A stretch of DNA of 63,714 bases from a virus (Duplodnaviria; Caudoviricetes): the IMG/VR virus record IMGVR_UViG_3300030117_005059, positions 1 to 63,714 of that record. One strand, written 5' to 3'. Below the pieces are notes generated by a model. That model saw nothing but the letters and a program-made list of their open reading frames with translations. It was not told where the DNA came from and searched no databases. Each line of letters opens with the position of its first letter. Within the stretch, counting starts at the first letter, position 1. Positions 56,698 to 63,714 of the stretch are shown one piece after another. Both the position numbers and the translations under genes were made by a program.

Positions 56698-58182
56698 CTA
56701 CTCGTCTACCCTAAACTTAAACACCTCTGGTTGTTCTTGGTACTGTCCAAGTAAGTAGTATGTCAACCTAATTCCATACGAGTATCCGGGCTCTAATAAA
56801 GACATATCCAAATCAAAATAATTTCCACTCACGTCGTAGGAAGTTCTTGTTTGATTATCGCTACCTGTACCATAGCCAATAGCCTCGATGTCATCTGTAA
56901 TTCTGACAACTTTATAGTAAGCATCTTCAATAAGCGAGGTTTCAATTTTCTTACTTGCAACTGAATAAATCGTTGGACTCCAGTCTTTCGGTCTCGCATA
57001 AATCCTTAACCTAGGTTTATCTTTAGGGCGATAGCTTGATTTTAAATTTCTAATACTATTGAGATATGTCCTGCTTTCATCAAACTCTTGAGCTTGGGGG
57101 TTTTTAGGTCTAAAAGACCCTGTGTGAAAGGTCGTTGATCCAGTAAACCAGACATCATGCAAAATAGATGCGGTAAGGGTGGACGCAAAAGAGCAAGTGT
57201 AAATACCGGAAACATGTATGCCGTTTTCAAACAGCCTAGAGGCTTCAACCGCAGTTACTGACTCACCACTTGAACTAACCACAGTCTGAGCAGATTCTGA
57301 CACATTAGAAAAAATGCTGACTTTAAGTTTGTTACTGTTCAGCCCAGGAATATCTTTAAGTTGTCCCCGAAATCTGTTGTACAAATACAGGCGATTAATA
57401 TTGTCCTCTTTATCTAAAAGTGAACTGCTTATAAAAAACGACCCTCTATGATCTTTCCTTGAGTCGTCCCATCTTGCCTCAATGACAGGTCTTCGGTAGA
57501 AGAACTCTGTCGTTCTTGCAAAAAACTTTTTAGTGTAAAGTGTACCATTGTTGCCGCTTAGACTTGAAGCAATATGCTTAAGCAGAAAGCCATAGTTTTC
57601 TTTTGTCCCATCAATCCAGTTTTCAACTGCCGTGGTAACATCAATCTCAATGTCTTCAAAACCATGCTTAAAATTGACTGACGCAGAAAAATTATCTGTA
57701 TCTGTTAAGGAGTGAAAATCACCCCCTGGTTCGTTCCAGGCACTACCAGATGAAGCAGAGAGAAAACTGGAAAAGCCTGTGTCAGAATAAGTGTCCATAT
57801 CAAGACCACGACCTTCGCTCCAACTTTTTGATATAATCTTAACATCAAGATCAAAATCTTCTGGGGTTGACTCTGCGTGCGGCGCATTAAACATTCTTAG
57901 ATAAAAACTAACTTTGCCTTGCGCTGGGATTTTGTTGTCGTTCCTGTCCCTGTGGATTGTTTCAATTGCGGTATCCGTTCCAGAAATAGGAAACTGAATT
58001 ATAATTCTTGCTTCTTCTGCGCTCTCTGCACTGATGCTAGCTGATGTTTGCCCGTGGATAACAAACGTTTCTAAAACATCAGCGGCACCCATGTTTGCTT
58101 TAGTTGCCCTTGTAGAAAGGTTTGATTCAAAAGCGTTTGTGATTGTGTTATCTGCCTCGGCAACATATCTTTTTATAGCCAT
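56698..58182 (-). CDS. DNRLRE-type virion protein
   Basis: ADNTI, SWSEG.G, W..PGGDF, IDVTTAVENWI.G...NYGFLLK, RPVIEARW. Confidence 0.7.
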   Translation of the reverse strand: MAIKRYVAEADNTITNAFESNLSTRATKANMGAADVLETFVIHGQTSASISAESAEEARIIIQFPISGTDTAIETIHRDRNDNKIPAQGKVSFYLRMFNAPHAESTPEDFDLDVKIISKSWSEGRGLDMDTYSDTGFSSFLSASSGSAWNEPGGDFHSLTDTDNFSASVNFKHGFEDIEIDVTTAVENWIDGTKENYGFLLKHIASSLSGNNGTLYTKKFFARTTEFFYRRPVIEARWDDSRKDHRGSFFISSSLLDKEDNINRLYLYNRFRGQLKDIPGLNSNKLKVSIFSNVSESAQTVVSSSGESVTAVEASRLFENGIHVSGIYTCSFASTLTASILHDVWFTGSTTFHTGSFRPKNPQAQEFDESRTYLNSIRNLKSSYRPKDKPRLRIYARPKDWSPTIYSVASKKIETSLIEDAYYKVVRITDDIEAIGYGTGSDNQTRTSYDVSGNYFDLDMSLLEPGYSYGIRLTYYLLGQYQEQPEVFKFRVDE

Positions 58183-59969
58183 TATTTAACTACCCCGACG
58201 ATATCATCATCCAAATCATAAAATTCAAACGCCACATTTTGTGGTGGAGTTAAAACCCTACCATCACGAGATAAATTATTCTTTGCGATAAATGGATACT
58301 GGCTATATCCAGACGTAGTTTTCTCTTTTACTTGGACTGATATTACGTCTATAACACCGGGTACTGAATTCAGGTGTTTTGTGATTTCTGTAATATAGAG
58401 CGGCTCGCCCAAACCAAATGGAACTTTTAGTTTGTCTTTCAACTTTGTTAGGCACGCACGCAAAACATCATATTTATTCAAGTCAAATGCACCAATAACC
58501 TCAAATTTAATTTCAAGATTCGCTACCTTTCCGTCTAAAATGTCGATAGTATCGTTTATCATTTTATATTCTGTTAACCATCTTTTTAAGTTATTTTTTA
58601 AATTTTGTGGCGCTTCTGTAAATCTACCATCCGAGTCCTCGGACAAAACATAAAGGTTGAGATTTCTCTTCAGTGAATCTGGGTCTCTGACAACGTTAAC
58701 TCTCTTTACAGCCCCAAATCTATTTGGCATCCTATACGATAAGGCTATGTAATCCTGTGTCGTAACTGCTCTATTCTGTGTGGCAAAATAGTCATAAGCC
58801 CTTAATCTTACTTCGTCTACAGTGGGTGTAGTAATATCGCCAAGAATAGGGTCCTGATTAGTGCATTCAATTGTATCAATCATGATGCGGATCTTGCCTT
58901 CCTCTAAAGATGGTCTATCTTTAAAAACCAACAAAGGTCTAATAACAGTTGTAACAGTGTCTGCGCCAGCGTTAACATTAGACGTGGTGTTTACCCTGTA
59001 CGAAACAGTGAGAACAGTATTAGCTGGAACAACACCAAATTTGTCGGTCTTAAGAAGCTTAGTTGGGTCAAACGATTCATCTGAAACATAGTTTTTACCA
59101 AACCGCTGTAATGTTACGTCCGCTGGGTCTGCTATCTCATCGTTTGTTAAGCTTTCCTCGGACCCGTATCCAAATTGAATTTTTGTTTCACCGCCTTCAA
59201 AATCAACAGTAAATCTTCTTGGGACTGGTCTAGATCTAAGAGTAAACGGGACACTAGTTTTGTCTGTACCATAGTTTGGAACTTGATCAAAAATCACGTC
59301 TTGTGATAAATATGGAACTTGAAAATACTCATTACCTTCTGAGTCTTTGATGGATATAATTTCTGATATATTATCATCTTCAAGAGTTACCTGTAGAAAT
59401 TTTGTATAAGCGCCAACATCGACCAACTCTTGCCTTAGCTCACCAGAAACAACGTTACCAAATGCCTTGACAGCAAAAAAAGTTGGGTTCCCAGTTTCAG
59501 AGTTTTGTCTTGCGATAACAAATTCGTTTTGGTCTGCCGAAAAATCAACATCCTCTGTTAAGATAAAACTTGTTCCATTATCAGAGATTACTTCAGTATT
59601 TTTTTTCAGAATAGGAAGGTAGTCTCGATCTGGCGATGAACCATTGGAAGATACTGGAACTAACATAAAGAATGTCATGACACCAGTTGAAGATCTGGTT
59701 CCAATATCCCTATACCCAAGCTGTTTTGACAATCTTTCGATATTAGATCTTTCGAGGGCTGTATCCAGAAACGATTCATTGGTTTGATAATCGAGATAAA
59801 AAGAAAGTTGATCACCAACATAAGCAACTGTATCTAAGAGCAAAGAACCAAAAGATGCGTCATTGAAATCTTTAAAGGTGTCAGGGTAGTATCTTTTTGC
59901 ATGATCTACCAGTGCATCCTTGATCGATTCAAAGTCTCTGCTTGTATAACTTATTGGTCTCTTTGCCAT
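58182..59969 (-). CDS. Baseplate wedge subunit (gp6/J-like)
   Basis: YTSRDFESIK..L, DFNDASFG, QNRAVTTQDY. Confidence 0.9.
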   Translation of the reverse strand: MAKRPISYTSRDFESIKDALVDHAKRYYPDTFKDFNDASFGSLLLDTVAYVGDQLSFYLDYQTNESFLDTALERSNIERLSKQLGYRDIGTRSSTGVMTFFMLVPVSSNGSSPDRDYLPILKKNTEVISDNGTSFILTEDVDFSADQNEFVIARQNSETGNPTFFAVKAFGNVVSGELRQELVDVGAYTKFLQVTLEDDNISEIISIKDSEGNEYFQVPYLSQDVIFDQVPNYGTDKTSVPFTLRSRPVPRRFTVDFEGGETKIQFGYGSEESLTNDEIADPADVTLQRFGKNYVSDESFDPTKLLKTDKFGVVPANTVLTVSYRVNTTSNVNAGADTVTTVIRPLLVFKDRPSLEEGKIRIMIDTIECTNQDPILGDITTPTVDEVRLRAYDYFATQNRAVTTQDYIALSYRMPNRFGAVKRVNVVRDPDSLKRNLNLYVLSEDSDGRFTEAPQNLKNNLKRWLTEYKMINDTIDILDGKVANLEIKFEVIGAFDLNKYDVLRACLTKLKDKLKVPFGLGEPLYITEITKHLNSVPGVIDVISVQVKEKTTSGYSQYPFIAKNNLSRDGRVLTPPQNVAFEFYDLDDDIVGVVK

Positions 59970-59989
59970 TTGCTTACCTCTTTAAATAT

Positions 59990-60391
59990 CTAGACTGTAG
60001 AGTTAGATATCGTTAGTGTGCTCCTTGTGTCCAGTGGTAAAATGTTGTACACTATTGTAATCTGTATTTCGTTTGGTCCAAAATCTTGCCTCTCACTCTG
60101 ATTGTTTACGAAGATATCTTCAATTGTAACGAAAGGCATAAATGTGCGTACCTGTCCAAAAATTCTAGATCGAACTTTGTCAAACAATGCTTCGGTTATT
60201 GGCTCAAAAAGCAACTGCCTAATACCGGCACCAAAGTTAGGCAACATAACTCTTTCGCCTGGGTTTGTCAACATTAAGTTTTTAAAATTTTGTTGAACAT
60301 TTTCCCCAAGGGTTTTTGTAAGACGATATGGTCCGTCCTCTGAGTCATAAGCTAACGGAAGCTTTAGACTAATTCCCTGTTTTGATGCCAT
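59990..60391 (-). CDS. Baseplate wedge subunit gp25-like
   Basis: NLMLTNPGERVMLPNFGAGIRQLLFEP. Confidence 0.92.
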   Translation of the reverse strand: MASKQGISLKLPLAYDSEDGPYRLTKTLGENVQQNFKNLMLTNPGERVMLPNFGAGIRQLLFEPITEALFDKVRSRIFGQVRTFMPFVTIEDIFVNNQSERQDFGPNEIQITIVYNILPLDTRSTLTISNSTV

Positions 60392-60428
60392 CTTATTTTA
60401 CCTCTTTCATAAGTATCTTTGTCTTTTA

Positions 60429-63400
60429 TTATTTTCCTTTTTCTGGTTCAGAAAGAGAGTTTCCAGCTATTAGCCTTTTAGAGTCATTAAATTGCTTTTT
60501 TGCGTTTGCCAAAAAATCATCAAACCTTAAACCTATTTCTCCTGGCAAGTCGTACTCACTTGCCCACATGATTTGCATAGCTACAATGCCCTGTAGCGGC
60601 ATAACAAAGTTATTAAGCTCTTTGTCTGTTGGGGTTAACAACTCCGCCTCTTCCCCTTGTCCAATAGTGTATCCATTGGGAAAATACTCCCTAGCATCTT
60701 CAGCAACATCATTGTTACTACCTGACGTTAAAAATAACTGTCCATCATCATCTCGATCAAAATAGGTTAAGCATTTGTATATAAATTGTTTAAGCTTATC
60801 CTCTTCAAAAAGAGCCGAGGAAAAAAACCGCTGGCGTCTTCTCGTCGGCGAGATATTAAGTGTGGCGACTATCTTTTCAACATCTTCAATTATTTCAAGT
60901 TTATTATTTTTCCTAACTCTTCTAGCGATATAGTCTACTATCAATTGTGTTAGGATTGTATCTTGGTCAGATAAAAAGTAAGTTTCATCCCTACTATCTC
61001 TAGCCCCCGTATAGTGAACAACAGCAAAGTAAAAACGCATCAACTCTGCATAAACTATCTGTGCAGCAGCGAGACATTTGTCTTTTCTTACAACTGCCAG
61101 TGGACCAGCACTCAAGTTTTTAGGCATTGATTCCATACATGCATCTGAGATTCCCTGCATAACTTTATCAATATTCATACGGTCAACAACCTGCTGCCTA
61201 TATGTTCGGATATAATTTTCTACCTCTGGGTCATCGTTCGGATAATATAATGCTAACTCGACTGCAAATTTATTCTGCGTTTGAGCGTTACGCTGAAACT
61301 GTGCTGAGTTAAGGATGGTCCCATTAATTTGGTCATTTTGAGCTAGGGTCGCTCGAAGTAAATTTCTGCCTGCCTCATTTTGAATGTCAGTATATGAAAA
61401 AGCTCCTGCTGTAGATACCTCAGCCAATACTTGCCTATCAAAGTTTTCTCCCTCTTTGGCAATAGAAAAGACTGCTGACTCTGGGGTTACCTCCCTAATT
61501 TGCAAAGTAAGATCCTCACCTTCTTTTAGATTCTTAACAAAAACATCATTATCAAGGTTATAAGCAACATTTGTCTCACTACCAATTCTAGTCCTAATTT
61601 CTTCCTGATTATCAAATGTTCCTACAACCCAGAACTTATTTATGGGTAAACCAGCATTATCAAAATCACCTGGCTTAAAAGCAGTGAATTTAAATTCCTC
61701 TGTCAAAGATGGTCCCTTGGTTTTAATACCAGACAGATATTGCTTGGCAGTTTCTGACCCTTTTACCAAGGACACACTAGCTTGTGTTGCTACAGCAGCG
61801 CCTTGGTTTATCACGTTCTTAACTTCGTCTGGTTGTTCTGTGTTATCAATAAGATCTTTAACTGCGCTGCCCACTGCCTTTTGTAACCCACCAGGCTTTA
61901 ACAAGTCAGCTAATCTATTTGACTCCTCGGCTGCCTCACATAATGCGTCTACAAATTGTTGAGCTAAGTCAGCAGGGTCAATACCCATGGCAGACGCATT
62001 TTCAAGAACCTGATTTGCTGCGTCATCTAATTCACCCTCATCACAAATAATCGGTCCATCCTGAAATGGGATATAAGCATCAAATCTTGCTGGGGGTATG
62101 ACGTCACGAAGTGAAATAAAGAAAGCTGCTAGTTGAGAGTCTGTTAATACGTCATCTCCAAAAACTTTATCCGCCACAGACCTAACCGTTCTAAAAATTT
62201 GTCCGCTTGTTGGAGTATCGTATATCATGGTTCTTAATTCTTCGCCCGTTATAGAACGAGAAATAGCATCATAAAAACTTTCAACATCATTTTGATTTGC
62301 GGCAAACCCTAAATTTGCAAACAAACCGGTTGTATCACCCCCTGGGATGGGCGGTATAATTCTAGCTAAGTTTAGACCGTCTTTTATATTGAACGCATCT
62401 AAATCTATATCTAGGTCCAAACCCTCGGCTGCTTTAGCTATCAAACTATCTAATAGCGAATCACCATTGCAACCCAACAACTCTTGAATTGCTTCTCTTA
62501 GAAGCGCACCCAATAGTTGGATTAATGCAACTTTTATTCCCTTGATTAACAACAGACGAATAAAACCATAAATGTCAAGATTTGGTACTAAAGGCAGGGG
62601 CTGCAAGTTTGGTAGCAAGAATTTTAGTGCATCCTCTAAACCATCAAAGGCAAGATTCTTAAGTGCGTTTGGGTCGTTAAGAGTATTAAGAACACTGGGT
62701 ACAAGATCATTTAAAAGATCAAGTGCTTCGCTAACTTCACCACCACATCTTATAAATTCAGAAGCCAACTCCTCTGGTAAAAGCCCTTGCTCATTTAATT
62801 TATTCAGAAGCGCCTGCTGTAACAAAACGTCAGACGCTAGCTTCTTAGCTAGTGCCCCAAGCATTGTAGCAAAATCTACTCTTCCCATCAACTTAAGGAT
62901 GTCTGCCAAACTTTTAATTTGTTTCACTAATCCAGAGTTACATGTAACCAGTGCATCTGTCACACTTAATTCAACCGTCTCTCTAAGTGCAGTCTTTTGT
63001 TGTTGTTTTATTTTTATTCGTGACGCTTCCACGGAAGGATCTGCTACAACCACGCTCGCTGGTTTTTGTGCCTGCTTGTCAACTTTAGGGTCTTCTAACG
63101 CATTTATAGGCGGCTCTTTGTTGTCCTGTGTAGAGCCACCGGCTCTTCTTCTTGATACCTCATCGGCTCTTTCAACCTGACCTTTTTTACAAAGCTGATC
63201 AATATCTTCTTGTGTAAGCGTAACGGCTGGTACAAAGATCTTGGGTAGAAATTCAGTCCATGGTGTAGCTCCGCCACTACCTAACTTTGATAACTCCTCA
63301 TTGATCAGTTTAAGATTCTTAAGAATTGACCAAGTTGTAGGAGTGTATCCTGGGAAAGCATTTTGACCATTATTCTCTGCCGCAAAACCAAACTCACCCT

Positions 63401-63713
63401 GGTCATCCTTTGTAATATCGGGTGAGACACCTAATCCACTAAAACGCCCTGGTCGAAACATCTCTAAACCATCAACATCGATGATCTTATCCAATTCTGT
63501 TTCAAATAAAATAGGCTTAATTTTGCTGTCGAGCGTGATCTTAATTTTGTCTGCGTTGGGCTGCGGAACTTGCTCGTAGATATGTATCTTTAAAAGATTT
63601 CTTGGGATACTTGCAACAAAGTTGGTGTTTGTAAAATTAAGTTCTTGTTGAATCAAGATATCGCTGCCACGGCGATTCCTAATTTGATTTTGGTCTAAAT
63701 ATTGGATAGTGAA
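60429..63713 (-). CDS. Large hypothetical protein, N-terminally truncated by the window edge
   Basis: Frame has no stop from 63656 to the window end (FTIQYLDQNQIRNRRGSDIL...), so the true start is outside the window. Confidence 0.75.
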   Translation of the reverse strand, partial: FTIQYLDQNQIRNRRGSDILIQQELNFTNTNFVASIPRNLLKIHIYEQVPQPNADKIKITLDSKIKPILFETELDKIIDVDGLEMFRPGRFSGLGVSPDITKDDQGEFGFAAENNGQNAFPGYTPTTWSILKNLKLINEELSKLGSGGATPWTEFLPKIFVPAVTLTQEDIDQLCKKGQVERADEVSRRRAGGSTQDNKEPPINALEDPKVDKQAQKPASVVVADPSVEASRIKIKQQQKTALRETVELSVTDALVTCNSGLVKQIKSLADILKLMGRVDFATMLGALAKKLASDVLLQQALLNKLNEQGLLPEELASEFIRCGGEVSEALDLLNDLVPSVLNTLNDPNALKNLAFDGLEDALKFLLPNLQPLPLVPNLDIYGFIRLLLIKGIKVALIQLLGALLREAIQELLGCNGDSLLDSLIAKAAEGLDLDIDLDAFNIKDGLNLARIIPPIPGGDTTGLFANLGFAANQNDVESFYDAISRSITGEELRTMIYDTPTSGQIFRTVRSVADKVFGDDVLTDSQLAAFFISLRDVIPPARFDAYIPFQDGPIICDEGELDDAANQVLENASAMGIDPADLAQQFVDALCEAAEESNRLADLLKPGGLQKAVGSAVKDLIDNTEQPDEVKNVINQGAAVATQASVSLVKGSETAKQYLSGIKTKGPSLTEEFKFTAFKPGDFDNAGLPINKFWVVGTFDNQEEIRTRIGSETNVAYNLDNDVFVKNLKEGEDLTLQIREVTPESAVFSIAKEGENFDRQVLAEVSTAGAFSYTDIQNEAGRNLLRATLAQNDQINGTILNSAQFQRNAQTQNKFAVELALYYPNDDPEVENYIRTYRQQVVDRMNIDKVMQGISDACMESMPKNLSAGPLAVVRKDKCLAAAQIVYAELMRFYFAVVHYTGARDSRDETYFLSDQDTILTQLIVDYIARRVRKNNKLEIIEDVEKIVATLNISPTRRRQRFFSSALFEEDKLKQFIYKCLTYFDRDDDGQLFLTSGSNNDVAEDAREYFPNGYTIGQGEEAELLTPTDKELNNFVMPLQGIVAMQIMWASEYDLPGEIGLRFDDFLANAKKQFNDSKRLIAGNSLSEPEKGK

Positions 63714-63714
63714 T

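Noticed and set aside
1322-63180. Numerous plus-strand ORFs of 60-224 aa (e.g. 10326..10943, 12355..12912, 27713..28387, 62572..63180)
   Set aside because: All are antisense shadows of long minus-strand genes, often Ser/Phe-rich mirror translations, with no recognisable motifs
1-63714. tRNA/rRNA genes, introns, inteins, IS elements, alternative genetic code
   Set aside because: Intergenic gaps are under about 120 nt with no cloverleaf seen; terminase, primase and capsid are uninterrupted; long ORFs read through in the standard code

Overview
This window is a 63.7-kb segment of a large T4-like (myovirus) dsDNA phage genome. Every credible gene is on the minus strand and reads in the standard code. 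In transcription order it holds: a baseplate/tail block (gp25-like, gp6/J-like, DNRLRE-type protein, a 3427-aa LamG-type protein and several large virion proteins), a RuvC-like resolvase, and low-complexity putative internal head proteins. Next comes a replication/repair island (primase, fused Mre11-Rad50/SbcDC, endonuclease VII-like, DUF4385, DUF523/TudS-like). It is followed by an unusual operon (ParB-like protein, small membrane and coiled-coil proteins, a tubulin/FtsZ GTPase) that runs directly into terminase and portal. The head module contains prohead protease, ribosomal protein bS21, scaffold and major capsid, followed by neck proteins, sheath, tube, a gp26-like chaperone with a likely +1 frameshift, and a truncated tape measure gene that the ORF track missed. 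Other notable signals are a recurring intergenic AACTATTTA motif (probable late promoter), sigma70-type promoters with apparently leaderless genes, a shared N-terminal leader on six proteins, a [ST]-[GAS]-[ST] enrichment in virion proteins, an apparently split tail-collar domain, and a hidden 34-aa Cys-Cys ORF. All family assignments come from motif recognition by eye; no database searches were run.
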